NCBI GenBank assembly: GCA_019058315.1
Contig: JAHPZH010000003.1
Location: forward strand, 300,451 to 364,450
Length of the DNA: 64,000 nucleotides
Direction: 5' to 3'
Origin: Candidatus Helarchaeota archaeon
Lineage (GTDB): Archaea; Asgardarchaeota; Lokiarchaeia; Helarchaeales; RDOG01
Shown piece by piece: positions 48,464 through 58,560 of the stretch. A program made the position numbers and the translations under genes. How positions within the stretch are numbered: position 1 is the stretch's first letter; each line of letters begins with the position of its first letter. A model generated the notes under the pieces. That model ran no database searches. It was not told where the DNA came from and worked only from the letters and a program-made list of their open reading frames with translations.

Positions 48464-49999
48464 TTGTATTTGAGAAAGAAATCAATTATGTTAATGCTTA
48501 TACCTTTTTTCTTAATTATTTCAGTGAGTCTTCAAAATTCGGATCTACTTAGTATACAACCTTATATTGCAGTTGATGTCAATAATACACTTACAACAGC
48601 TGCAATTTGGTCTAATTCAACAGTGATTTCGGATGATCCGACAGGTTGGAACGATGAAAATAGTGAACGGCCAAGCATCGCCGTGGATGGTAGCGGTAAC
48701 TTGCATGTGGTCTGGGCTGATAACACTAATGGCACATGGGGCACAGACTACGAAATTATGTATGCTAACTACACAAGTGCTGGTTGGTCTAATGCAACCG
48801 TAATCTCGGATGATGCAACTGGATGGAATGATGGTATTAGTTATGATCCTCAAATCGCAATTGATGGTATTGGAAACTTGCATGTTGTCTGGGATGATGA
48901 AACTATTGGTGAATGGGGAACTGATAGCGAAATCATGTATTCAAATAATACTGGTGCTGGTTGGTCCAATGCAACCGTGATCTCGGATGATGCCACTGGA
49001 TGGAATAATCAAACTAGTGAAAAACCTAGCATCGCAATCGATGGCATTGGAAACATACATGTAGTTTGGGATGATGATACTGATGGAACATGGGGAAATG
49101 ATCGGGAAATAATGTATGTAACCAGAACTGGTGCTGGTTGGTCTAATGCAACTGTAATCTCAGATGATGCAACTGGGTGGAATGATGGTGTTAGTTCGAA
49201 CCCTACTATTGCAATCGACGCTGTTGGAAACGAACATGTGGTCTGGGAGGATACAACAAATGGTGAATGGGGCACAGATACAGAAATTATGTATGCTATA
49301 AATATCTTTGCTGGTTGGTCTAATGCAACTGTAATCTCAGATGATGCAACTGGGTGGAATGATGGCACTAGTTGGCACTCTGCTATCACAATCGATTACA
49401 ATGGAAATTTGCATGTGGTCTGGGAAGATCAAACTGATGGTGAATGGGGTTCAGACACAGAAATTATGTATGTTAACTATACTGCTGCTGGTTGGTCTAA
49501 TGCAACCGTGATCTCGGATGATGCAACTGGGTGGAATACGGGTCCCAGTTATAATCCTAGCATCGCAGTCTATTCCTATGTGAAGGTGCATGTAGTCTGG
49601 GAGGATTATACAGATGGAGAATGGGGAACTGACACCGAGATTATGTATGTTAATTATACTGTTGCTGGTTGGTCTAATATTACAGTGATCTCGGACGATC
49701 CAACTGGATGGAATACGGGTGGTAGTCTTAATCCTTGTGTCATCGTAGATATTAATGGAACCGTGCATGCAGTCTGGGAGGATTATATTTATCTTACGGC
49801 AACAGAATCCGAAATATTGTATTCTAATACTTTCATTTCGCAACCAAGCGATGGTGACGAACCAACAAACCTAATTATTGTTCCCTTGCCAGATTCTTCT
49901 ATATCATTACTCTCACCATTGGGATTAGGAATAATAGGTATTGCCGTTGCTGCAACTGCAATTATAACAGTAATAATCACTAAAAAAATAAGAGAATAG
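48464..49999 (+). CDS. Cell-surface seven-repeat beta-propeller-like glycoprotein (copy A)
   Basis: Signal peptide; 7 x 59-aa repeats (WSNATVISDDATGWN...P.IAID..GN.HVVW.D.T.GEWGTD.EIMY); C-terminal TM and basic tail. Confidence 0.88.
   Translation: MYLRKKSIMLMLIPFFLIISVSLQNSDLLSIQPYIAVDVNNTLTTAAIWSNSTVISDDPTGWNDENSERPSIAVDGSGNLHVVWADNTNGTWGTDYEIMYANYTSAGWSNATVISDDATGWNDGISYDPQIAIDGIGNLHVVWDDETIGEWGTDSEIMYSNNTGAGWSNATVISDDATGWNNQTSEKPSIAIDGIGNIHVVWDDDTDGTWGNDREIMYVTRTGAGWSNATVISDDATGWNDGVSSNPTIAIDAVGNEHVVWEDTTNGEWGTDTEIMYAINIFAGWSNATVISDDATGWNDGTSWHSAITIDYNGNLHVVWEDQTDGEWGSDTEIMYVNYTAAGWSNATVISDDATGWNTGPSYNPSIAVYSYVKVHVVWEDYTDGEWGTDTEIMYVNYTVAGWSNITVISDDPTGWNTGGSLNPCVIVDINGTVHAVWEDYIYLTATESEILYSNTFISQPSDGDEPTNLIIVPLPDSSISLLSPLGLGIIGIAVAATAIITVIITKKIRE
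48608..49830 (+). repeat. 177-bp coding tandem repeats
   Basis: gctggttggtctaatgcaac.gt.atctc.gatgatgcaactgg recurs with a 177-bp period. Confidence 0.9.
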
Positions 50000-50065
50000 A
50001 TTATCAAATATTGCTTAATATTTATTAATTAAAATTATCTAATTTATCAAATAAGGTGTGGATGG

Positions 50066-50545
50066 ATGCCAAGAAGATATTATGCTAAGCAAAAGAAAAC
50101 CTATGCAAAAGGTCAAGATTTTGAATTAAGAAGAAAAGATAGATATATGATAAATATAGCTTTAGTTTCCATAAAGCCAAGGAAAGATTACGATATTGCA
50201 AGTAAGACTGGCGAATTTTATATAAAAGTAGGTTCTGGTGTGAGATATGTTAGAGTCCCAAATAATGGGTTTATACAAATTCATGAAAATGATACATTTG
50301 AAACAGGACAAAGCGATTTTTCATTGTATAATGAATTTTTAACCTTAAAAAGAAATGATAAAAAAGAAAGAAAGATTAGAATTCGTCTCTTTGAGAGAGA
50401 TGTGGGAAAAAAAGATGATGAAATCTTTGATATAAAGCTTCCACTAAAATTGCAAGTTTCGGATACTGAATACAAAATTTTAGAGGATAAAGATAAAAAA
50501 ACAAAAGTAAAAATAAAGATTCGTGTTGCTCGAACTCGCTATTAA
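50066..50545 (+). CDS. Basic protein, possible C2-like beta-sandwich
   Basis: D.....GEFYIKV and IRLFERDVGKKDDEI resemble C2 loop motifs. Confidence 0.5.
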   Translation: MPRRYYAKQKKTYAKGQDFELRRKDRYMINIALVSIKPRKDYDIASKTGEFYIKVGSGVRYVRVPNNGFIQIHENDTFETGQSDFSLYNEFLTLKRNDKKERKIRIRLFERDVGKKDDEIFDIKLPLKLQVSDTEYKILEDKDKKTKVKIKIRVARTRY

Positions 50546-50595
50546 AGAACAATTCGAAATTTTTCTTTTAAATTCATAACCAATAATATTTAGGA

Positions 50596-51381
50596 CTATC
50601 TGTTAATATAATTCCTGAACCAAGAAGGTAAAATAAACCCGAGATAAAATAGAACATTTGCTATCAAAGCACTGACCCAAGCTAAATAAATAAAAATTGA
50701 AAATCCAGGACTACCTGGGTTCAACAATAATAGGATAGCGTCGCCAAGGAAACAAATAAAAATGAGAATGTTAGCTATTTGTCCCATGGCTATTACACGA
50801 AATCCCACTCTATATTCTTTTTGTTCTGTCAGTTTTGATTCTTTGAATGCATAATAAAATAAAATTAAATAAATAGTAACATTATAGACAAGGAAAATTG
50901 CCATCGCTAACGTTCGAGTGCTAGGAGGGTCGATCAATAAATTATCGAATCCCCAATAATTGGATGGTAACCATGAAAGGATTACCATAAATATTCCTAT
51001 AATTGCTACGGGGATGACTTTTTTATCATTTTTATCCATAAAAATTTGGATTGTAAAAAGAAATAAAAAGACGTCGTAAACAACGACTAAAGAATATCCA
51101 AGAGGGAGAGTCAAAGGGTAATATGCAGGGCTTGTGACATAAGGAAAAACCGAAAAAGAATACTTAAAAAACCAACTCGCAAGTCCAGTAAATACAATAA
51201 AAACGGCAAGTGCAATCGATAATATTGCAATGGCTAAGTATAAAGTAGCAATTGTTTTACGTTCTTTCCATTTAAAAAAGATAATTATAGCAATAATTAA
51301 TGAAAATATAAAAACTAATAATTCTAAAATCATAGCAGGAAAATGAATTTCGTATAAAAATATATCATCCTTATATGGCAA
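50596..51381 (-). CDS. Seven-TM-like membrane protein
   Basis: About 7 helices; R.GF..IA and YLGFILPSWF shared with 33031..33825. Confidence 0.78.
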   Translation of the reverse strand: MPYKDDIFLYEIHFPAMILELLVFIFSLIIAIIIFFKWKERKTIATLYLAIAILSIALAVFIVFTGLASWFFKYSFSVFPYVTSPAYYPLTLPLGYSLVVVYDVFLFLFTIQIFMDKNDKKVIPVAIIGIFMVILSWLPSNYWGFDNLLIDPPSTRTLAMAIFLVYNVTIYLILFYYAFKESKLTEQKEYRVGFRVIAMGQIANILIFICFLGDAILLLLNPGSPGFSIFIYLAWVSALIANVLFYLGFILPSWFRNYINR

Positions 51382-51593
51382 CTTTCATCTCTTCATTAAA
51401 ATTAATCATTTATTTAATTTCAATAATTTTGTAATTGAATTAAAGAATGACAATATACATTTAAGGTTTTGTCCTAATTTGAATTTAATAAACCAATATG
51501 AATAATAAAACTAGTTAAACCAGAATTTTTTATAATTATATTCATCTTTCAATATAGAATGATATTTCACATAGGATTTTTGAGAACGAAAAA

Positions 51594-52007
51594 ATGAGAG
51601 ATATAGACGAAATTTGGATAATAAATCAATATGGAATAACTTTATTCAATATATCAAAAGAAGAAACTATTGATTCACTTCTATTAGGTGGTTTTTTTTC
51701 AGCAATTAAAACAATGTTAGAAGAAATGGGAGAAGAACAATTGAAATCAATTATTCTCGGTTCTTCAAAAATGTTAATCTATAATGCTAGAAATGGAATT
51801 ACATTTATTTCTCGTTCTAAAAAATCAATAAAAGATAAAAAAATTGAGGAACATATAAAATCAGTAGAGAAAGAATTTTTTGAAGAATATGGAGATATTT
51901 TAGATAGATGGAATGGAGATACAAAAATATTTGATCGTTTTGAAGTGAAGATTGAGGATATTTTCAAAGATACCCCCGAGAAGCGTGTTGAAAAGGCGCT
52001 TTGGTGA
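51594..52007 (+). CDS. Longin-like domain protein
   Basis: IWIINQYGITLF...LLGGFFSAI; also 137 aa and colinear with 32440..32853. Confidence 0.72.
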   Translation: MRDIDEIWIINQYGITLFNISKEETIDSLLLGGFFSAIKTMLEEMGEEQLKSIILGSSKMLIYNARNGITFISRSKKSIKDKKIEEHIKSVEKEFFEEYGDILDRWNGDTKIFDRFEVKIEDIFKDTPEKRVEKALW

Positions 52008-52057
52008 GTTTTAAATTCTGCAAATTTAAATTATAATTTTATTAAGATGATAGAAGC

Positions 52058-52780
52058 ATGATAAAAGCAATTGCATTCGATCTACAATTTACATTAGTAT
52101 TTTTAGAAGATTTCACATTACAAAAGTGGTTCCAATTATTTGACAAAGGCTTTTTCAAAGTTATGGATTATTTAAGGGAAAATAATATTAATTTTGACTC
52201 AAAAAAATTGTATAGGACTTTGAAAAGAGTTAGAAACAAATATTTTGCAAGAACTATAACAGAAGACCAACAATATTATACTGAGGAAATTTTAAATGAT
52301 ACTTTTTTAAAAAATAATATTCAATTCAATCCTGAAACCTTAAGTAAATGTTGTGAAATTTACCATTCAGTCGAAATATCAGCCTGGAAACCTAATACAG
52401 ATATAATACAAATATTAGGGGATCTTTCGAAAAAATATAAATTAGCAATTATTACAAATGCTTCAGAGTATATAACAAATGAAATTCTTAAATTACAGAA
52501 TATAAAGGACTTTTTTCACTCAATTTTTGCACATGCTAGGAAACCAAGATTAGATTATTTCGTGAAATTTAAAGAACATATGGATTGTGAATATAAAGAA
52601 CTAGCTATGGTTGGAGATGATATAAAAACTGATATTCAACCAGCATTACAATTAGGAATAAAAGCAATTCATTTATTTCGGGGTTATGAGTATTTAAAAC
52701 ATCATGCATCATTGGATATAATACCCAATAGAAAAATCATTAAATTAGAGGATTTATTAAAAATAATTGAAGAATTTTAG
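52058..52780 (+). CDS. HAD-superfamily hydrolase
   Basis: IKAIAFDLQFTL (variant motif I), IITN, RKP and MVGDD..TDI motifs. Confidence 0.85.
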   Translation: MIKAIAFDLQFTLVFLEDFTLQKWFQLFDKGFFKVMDYLRENNINFDSKKLYRTLKRVRNKYFARTITEDQQYYTEEILNDTFLKNNIQFNPETLSKCCEIYHSVEISAWKPNTDIIQILGDLSKKYKLAIITNASEYITNEILKLQNIKDFFHSIFAHARKPRLDYFVKFKEHMDCEYKELAMVGDDIKTDIQPALQLGIKAIHLFRGYEYLKHHASLDIIPNRKIIKLEDLLKIIEEF

Positions 52781-52830
52781 ATCGAAAATAGGGAGTTAGA
52801 ATTTTTCCCGAAAATGGAGATTAATAAGAT

Positions 52831-54207
52831 ATGAAACTCATAGAAGATTTAATTCTTGGACATTTTGATGATGTTAATTCAGTTAAAATTACTCCTGATT
52901 GTGAATACGTAGTTTCGGGCACGGGAACTAAATATTCTGGTATTTCTAGCAAAAATAGAGTTGAAATTTGGGATATGGATAATGGTAGACTTGTATATTC
53001 TCTTAGTGGACATAGTGAACCTGTTGTTTCGGTAGATATTTCACCCGATGGAGAGTATATTGCAAGTGGGTCTTGGGATCATACGATAAAAATTTGGGAA
53101 TTGAAGACATGTAAGCTTCTTAATACTCTTACAGGTCATACAAATAATGTGGTCTCAGTCATTTATCATCCAGATGGGAAATATCTCATAAGTGGATCTT
53201 GGGATAATACAATTAAAATTTGGGATTTATCTTCTGGAAAATCCGTCAGAACACTCAGGGGACATGACCTTTATATATTATCTGTTGCAATATCTCCAGA
53301 TGGTAAATATATTGCTAGTGGTTCGCATGATAAACAAATTAAAATCTGGAATTTTGAGAGTGGGGAAAACATTCGAACAATTCTAGGGCATAAAAACTCT
53401 ATTAATTCAGTCACATTTACACCTGACGGAAAATATATCATAAGTGGATCTAGTGATGATACTATTAAAATATGGGAATTAGAAACGGGTAAACTTATCA
53501 GGACACTTGAGGGTCATAAGATGGATGTTAACTCGGTAATTTGTCCATCAAGTGGAAAATATGTCATTAGTGGATCTAATGATAACACTTTCATACTATG
53601 GAACTTTAAAAATGGAAAGATTGTCCATGTATTCAATGCGCATAGAGATAATGTTACCTCTATTGCAGCTTCTTCAAATGGCAAATATGTAATTAGTGGA
53701 TCTGAAGATAGACTAGTAAAAGTATGGAACGCCAAGAAATTTATGAAACAAATAAAAGAACAGAAGAAAGAAATAAGAGAAGAGAAGGAAAAAATGAAAG
53801 AATTAGAGCAAAGAAAACTAGAACAGCAAAGGTTTGATGAATTTAAACAAGAATTAAAATTAGAACTTCAGGATTCAGCAAGAATGTACGATGGAATCAC
53901 ATTGGAAAAACTATGTTCTAAAATGAATTGTTCTTCTAGACAACTTAAATTTTTAATTAAAGAAATGTTCTCAGAAGGTGAGATTGGAGGGCGAATTATG
54001 GGGAATACAATAATTTTTAGAAATAAGAGAAATAAGATTGGTCCGATATCGGAAATTAAAGAAAAGAGAGTAACAAAACATTTCGAACCTAAAGTAACTG
54101 AATGGAATTGTGCTTATTGTGGTGCTCCATTAGATAAAGAAGATGTTGAAAAATTATTAAAAGATGAAACAATAGAATGTAGATATTGTGGTCTGACTCT
54201 TACTTAA
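52831..54207 (+). CDS. WD40 (7 blades) - coiled coil - PCI-like winged helix - zinc ribbon protein
   Basis: Seven GH...SGS.D..IKIW repeats; YDGITLEKL...LIKEMFSEGEIGGRI; CAYC...CRYC. Confidence 0.88.
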   Translation: MKLIEDLILGHFDDVNSVKITPDCEYVVSGTGTKYSGISSKNRVEIWDMDNGRLVYSLSGHSEPVVSVDISPDGEYIASGSWDHTIKIWELKTCKLLNTLTGHTNNVVSVIYHPDGKYLISGSWDNTIKIWDLSSGKSVRTLRGHDLYILSVAISPDGKYIASGSHDKQIKIWNFESGENIRTILGHKNSINSVTFTPDGKYIISGSSDDTIKIWELETGKLIRTLEGHKMDVNSVICPSSGKYVISGSNDNTFILWNFKNGKIVHVFNAHRDNVTSIAASSNGKYVISGSEDRLVKVWNAKKFMKQIKEQKKEIREEKEKMKELEQRKLEQQRFDEFKQELKLELQDSARMYDGITLEKLCSKMNCSSRQLKFLIKEMFSEGEIGGRIMGNTIIFRNKRNKIGPISEIKEKRVTKHFEPKVTEWNCAYCGAPLDKEDVEKLLKDETIECRYCGLTLT

Positions 54208-54235
54208 CTTTGAATCTTAATAAAATTAATAATAT

Positions 54236-55729
54236 TTAGTCCATCGTTTCATTTCTCTTTTTATTAAGCTGTTCTCTCATTTCTTCTAAGGTTTTTCCAT
54301 GTAGTTCATAACTTCTTAAGGCAAATATTGCAATTATTATCGCTATTGCTGGAAATCCGAACATCAAAGTTTTTAAACCAATCGCTGTCAATAACGGATC
54401 AGCAACAGGGGTGTATTCGGACCAGCCAGTACCAGTAAAAACAAGAGCAATGGAACTAATAATTAAGATAATTGATAATCTGTGAATAAATGCATTTATT
54501 CCATAATAGCTACCCGGTCTCCTTACTCCAGTTTTTAATTCGTCTTGATCAATTACATCACCGTGTAGGATGTCTACGAAATATAAAGCACCACTTAAAC
54601 TGAATCCTTGACTAGCTGTGACAATAATATAAATAATACGCATAGTTTCATTATCAAAGAATAGAACATATGGAAACAAAGTAAAAAGCCAAACTACGCA
54701 TGTAAAAATTAAAGCATTACGCATTCCAAATTTTTGTCCAATTTTTCGTTGAATTGGAAAAAATAATGCAGCCATGACAAACGCAAGCAATAAAGATATT
54801 CCAATTAATAAAGAATCCCTATCAATACCAAGAACATATATACTATATAAGGGGATCACTGTTGGAAGTATTCCAAATATATACCAAAGACATGTATTTG
54901 CGACCACAAATTTGATAAATGTTTTATTTTTCAAAGATATTTTTAAAGATTCCATAAATGGAGGCCTTTTTGCATGTAATTCGGGGGGTTCTTCATCCTC
55001 TCTTATTCCAAATAATAAAAAAGGAACTGCTGCAATTCCCGTAATGATTGCAAGTAAAATTCCATTCGTAATATAATTAGAAGCAATTTTTGGGTTTTCT
55101 ATCATATAATTAAGTAAAACGAATGGAAATTCAGGAATTTCCAATAAACTTGCCAAAATCCATTTTTCTAGTAAGAAATCAGTTGAAATTACTAATTGAG
55201 GAATCACTATTGTTGGCAATAAAAAGGAAAATATTAAGGCAACAATAGTAAATCCCTTTACAAATAAATTAGTGGTTGCCCTTTCTTTTTCATTAGGGAA
55301 CATTTCGGGGAATATTGCATTTACATTTACTGAATATAGTGTGTAAATACCCTCAAATAATAAGATGATAAAAAGGAAATAAAGAAAATTAATGATTTCG
55401 GTTGAATAAGGAGCAGTAAATAAAAAGATCATCATTAAAGCAAGAGGAATTATTGAAATATATAAGTATATTCTCCTACCAAATCTTCTTTGCCTTGTTC
55501 TATCAGAAAGTGCTCCTAAAAGCGGATCATTAACGGCATTCCAAACTCCCCAGATAACATAGGCTACCCACATTAACAGCATATTAATTCTAACAACAGC
55601 AAAATAATAAGTGAAGATTAAAAATGAAAATGCTTGATAGGTTAATTGATCTGGTATGGCACTCAAACCAAATACGATTTTAGTTTTAAGAGTTTTGGGA
55701 TCAGGAGACATATTATCAAATTCCTTCAT
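54236..55729 (-). CDS. MFS transporter, GPH (glycoside-pentoside-hexuronide) family
   Basis: WNAVNDPLLGALSDRT and DVIDQDELKTGVRR.G.YYG motifs. Confidence 0.9.
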   Translation of the reverse strand: MKEFDNMSPDPKTLKTKIVFGLSAIPDQLTYQAFSFLIFTYYFAVVRINMLLMWVAYVIWGVWNAVNDPLLGALSDRTRQRRFGRRIYLYISIIPLALMMIFLFTAPYSTEIINFLYFLFIILLFEGIYTLYSVNVNAIFPEMFPNEKERATTNLFVKGFTIVALIFSFLLPTIVIPQLVISTDFLLEKWILASLLEIPEFPFVLLNYMIENPKIASNYITNGILLAIITGIAAVPFLLFGIREDEEPPELHAKRPPFMESLKISLKNKTFIKFVVANTCLWYIFGILPTVIPLYSIYVLGIDRDSLLIGISLLLAFVMAALFFPIQRKIGQKFGMRNALIFTCVVWLFTLFPYVLFFDNETMRIIYIIVTASQGFSLSGALYFVDILHGDVIDQDELKTGVRRPGSYYGINAFIHRLSIILIISSIALVFTGTGWSEYTPVADPLLTAIGLKTLMFGFPAIAIIIAIFALRSYELHGKTLEEMREQLNKKRNETMD

Positions 55730-55818
55730 TATTTAAGAGAACTAATAGAATCGAATTTTTTAATACTTTCTATCTATAATGTTTTTGTTAGGAACTTGAA
55801 TAAAAAAAGAGAGGATAT

Positions 55819-56994
55819 TTATTTTTTTATGCGTGGAGGAGGGACGAATACTTTTCGTAAACCTTGTTTTAGTGAGATCGCACCTTCGGGACAGAAGTGA
55901 GCACAAATTCCACATCCTATACAAAGTTCCTCATTAACTTCTGCTATATTCTCACCACCGACGGTAATGGCTCCAGTAGGGCATTTTTCCTCACATGTAC
56001 CACAGCCTGTACAAGTATCTTTATTCACTTGTGAGAGATAACTTGTGGAGTTTACCATAGCAGTTGCACCCATTCTCCAAAGGTTAAACGTATCACAGCA
56101 ACATTTACAGCAGTTACAAATGGAATTTTCTATATTATAAATATCAGATTTATTATGGAATGCTTTATGAACTAATCCTGCTTCATCTGTCATTTTTAAG
56201 ATTTTTAATGCTTCCTCTTTACTAACTTCTCTTCCAAAGCCTTGTTGAATAACATGTTTTGCAGATTTACCAAATGTGAAACAGACTTCCATAGGGGCAT
56301 TAATCTCACATGGCTCACCTAACATTTGTCTATATTGGCGACAGAAACAGTTGCCTACTGCGATAGTATCGAATTTATTAATAATTTCTTCTACAGATTG
56401 AGCGGGTAATACTTGTTCTTCCGCTTCCATCGATTTATTTATTTCTATTGTCTTTCCTTCCTCATTTGTATAAATGGGAATTGTTCTATCTATAGGAGGT
56501 TGTTGTTTGAACATAGGCATGATACTATCATAACGCTCTTGAATTGCTGAAGCTAATTCTAACATTAATGTATCATAAAGCTTTGCTAATTTTCTAAGTC
56601 CCTCAAGTTCTTTTTCATCTTTGGGTAAATCTGGCATATATGTGTATTCAAATGCGCCTATAGCAACTATAGGTAATAATCGATAAACCATGAGACCTGA
56701 TGAACTTGGTTGATTAAAAATAAATCCCTTTTTTGCCAATTTAGCAGCTTTTTTATCAATTTCCTCCTCACTTAAATCTGGAAGTTTTTTCTTCAACTGA
56801 TCCATTGTTAATGATTTTTTACTTTTAAATGCTTTTATGAAATCCATGTCCTCTTCGTCTAAATAAAACTTTAGAATCTCAATAAATGTGTCAGTTGGTG
56901 GAAAAGGCATCATTCCTGCACTCAATATTATTTTTGCTGCTTTATTTATCTTTTTTACAAGCTCTTCTTCTTCATTTTTTGACATAATAATCAT
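55819..56994 (-). CDS. Fe-S protein (wHTH-like + Cys cluster + 2x[4Fe-4S]), paralogue of 29962..31065
   Basis: CFCR...C...C, ICNCCKCCC, CTGCGTCEEKCP and CIGCGICAHFCP. Confidence 0.88.
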   Translation of the reverse strand: MIIMSKNEEEELVKKINKAAKIILSAGMMPFPPTDTFIEILKFYLDEEDMDFIKAFKSKKSLTMDQLKKKLPDLSEEEIDKKAAKLAKKGFIFNQPSSSGLMVYRLLPIVAIGAFEYTYMPDLPKDEKELEGLRKLAKLYDTLMLELASAIQERYDSIMPMFKQQPPIDRTIPIYTNEEGKTIEINKSMEAEEQVLPAQSVEEIINKFDTIAVGNCFCRQYRQMLGEPCEINAPMEVCFTFGKSAKHVIQQGFGREVSKEEALKILKMTDEAGLVHKAFHNKSDIYNIENSICNCCKCCCDTFNLWRMGATAMVNSTSYLSQVNKDTCTGCGTCEEKCPTGAITVGGENIAEVNEELCIGCGICAHFCPEGAISLKQGLRKVFVPPPRIKK

Positions 56995-57150
56995 CTCAAT
57001 TTGCTATATTTGAATAGATATTTCCTTATGTTTATTTAAATTTAATTTAGTAGATTTTAAAGAAGATGTATTATTATTTTAATTTTCAATATATCATTTA
57101 GAAATAATTTCTTAATATTTTTTAGAAAGAATTGCTAAATAAGAGAAAAA

Positions 57151-57951
57151 ATGGAAAAAATTTATGTTGGTTGCGCTGGTTGGGAGTATAGTGGTTGGAT
57201 TGGAACTTTTTATCCAAAAAATTTGAAAAATATAAATCATTTAAGATATTATTCTGATCATTTCAATTTTATGGAGATAAATTCTACATTTTATAACTTA
57301 CCTAAAGAAAAAATAGTCAGACATTGGTTTAATCAAGTCCCCAAAAATTTTCTATTCACCGTAAAGGTTTGGCAAAAAATCACGCATAAAAAAAGCTCTG
57401 ACCTTGATTCTCTAATTGATACATTCTTTAAGCGTATGAAAATTCTTGAACCAAAAAATTATGGATATTTATTACAATTTCCGCCTAAATTTAAATATAA
57501 TACTAAGAATTTAAAGTATCTAACAAACATACTTGATAAAATTCCTTCTGAATCGAAATATTTTTTAGAATTTAGGGATAATTCCTGGTTTAATCCCGAT
57601 ATAGTTGAGCCAATTTTACAATCTTCGAATTTAATTTTAGTTACATCTTATATAATAGGTGTAGATCCATATTATTATCCTGAACAATCAGAATATTACA
57701 TTAGACTTATTGGAGATCATCAAATTCAAGTATTTAATCAAATCCAAAGGGAGCAAGATGAGGCATTATCACACTTAGAACAAAATTTAAGAGTTTTTGA
57801 CAGATCTCCCCAAGTTAACAGAGTTGTGGTAATTTTTAATAATAACTTCAGGGGATTTGCACCTGATGACGCAAATCAATTAATAAAAAGAATGGGAATA
57901 CCTCAACATCATGTTTCCCAACAAAAAAATCTTCTTGATTTTATGAAATAA
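57151..57951 (+). CDS. DUF72 (YecE-like) protein
   Basis: VGCAGW.Y..W...FYP, EINSTFY, ITH, LLQFPP, EFR..SW, YIRL.G and FNN motifs. Confidence 0.9.
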   Translation: MEKIYVGCAGWEYSGWIGTFYPKNLKNINHLRYYSDHFNFMEINSTFYNLPKEKIVRHWFNQVPKNFLFTVKVWQKITHKKSSDLDSLIDTFFKRMKILEPKNYGYLLQFPPKFKYNTKNLKYLTNILDKIPSESKYFLEFRDNSWFNPDIVEPILQSSNLILVTSYIIGVDPYYYPEQSEYYIRLIGDHQIQVFNQIQREQDEALSHLEQNLRVFDRSPQVNRVVVIFNNNFRGFAPDDANQLIKRMGIPQHHVSQQKNLLDFMK

Positions 57952-57981
57952 AGAAAGAAAAATATTAATAAACTACGCTTC

Positions 57982-58131
57982 TTACTCATTAGATTCTTCT
58001 TTTATATCTTTAAGAGTCTTAATAGTTACTTCTAATTCCTTTTCTAGAAATTCTTTATACTTAATTAAGTCCTCTACACTCGAAATTTCGTGGTTGACAC
58101 CACATTTATGATTAGAACAATCATTGCACAT
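57982..58131 (-). CDS. Small Cys/His + coiled-coil protein, 49 aa (not in the ORF track)
   Basis: Manual translation MCNDCSNHKCGVNHEISSVEDLIKYKEFLEKELEVTIKTLKDIKEESNE; GAGG RBS; 12 bp after the ArsR-like gene. Confidence 0.65.
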   Translation of the reverse strand: MCNDCSNHKCGVNHEISSVEDLIKYKEFLEKELEVTIKTLKDIKEESNE

Positions 58132-58143
58132 AATTTACATACC

Positions 58144-58440
58144 TCATTTCATTAATTTAATATTTAGTTGCTTGATATTTAATTTCCAAATTTTTTTGGG
58201 AGCTCTGTTTTTATCACTAGGTATATATTCCTCTAATTTTATTATCCCGACGGCTTCCAATTCTCTCAAATGATAGTAAAGTGCAGGCTTTTTTAATTCC
58301 ATATCATTTTGTATTAAGTAATCATTAATTTCGTCAGAACTTTTAGAACCAGTTTCTAAAAATTCAATTATTTTCCATCTTGTCGGACAATGCAGCGCTT
58401 TAATGAAAGGGCCGATCTTTGTTATGTTAATTTCCTTCAT
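58144..58440 (-). CDS. ArsR-like winged-helix transcriptional regulator
   Basis: KALHCPTRWKII..L...LYYHLRELEAVGII. Confidence 0.85.
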   Translation of the reverse strand: MKEINITKIGPFIKALHCPTRWKIIEFLETGSKSSDEINDYLIQNDMELKKPALYYHLRELEAVGIIKLEEYIPSDKNRAPKKIWKLNIKQLNIKLMK

Positions 58441-58560
58441 GGTAATGTCAATTTAATCATTCTATATTATTTAAAACATACAACAAAATATTTAAATATT
58501 TTATGTGATTAGTTAAGTACAATATTTAATTAATTAAAAAACAAATGTCGGTTATGAAAA

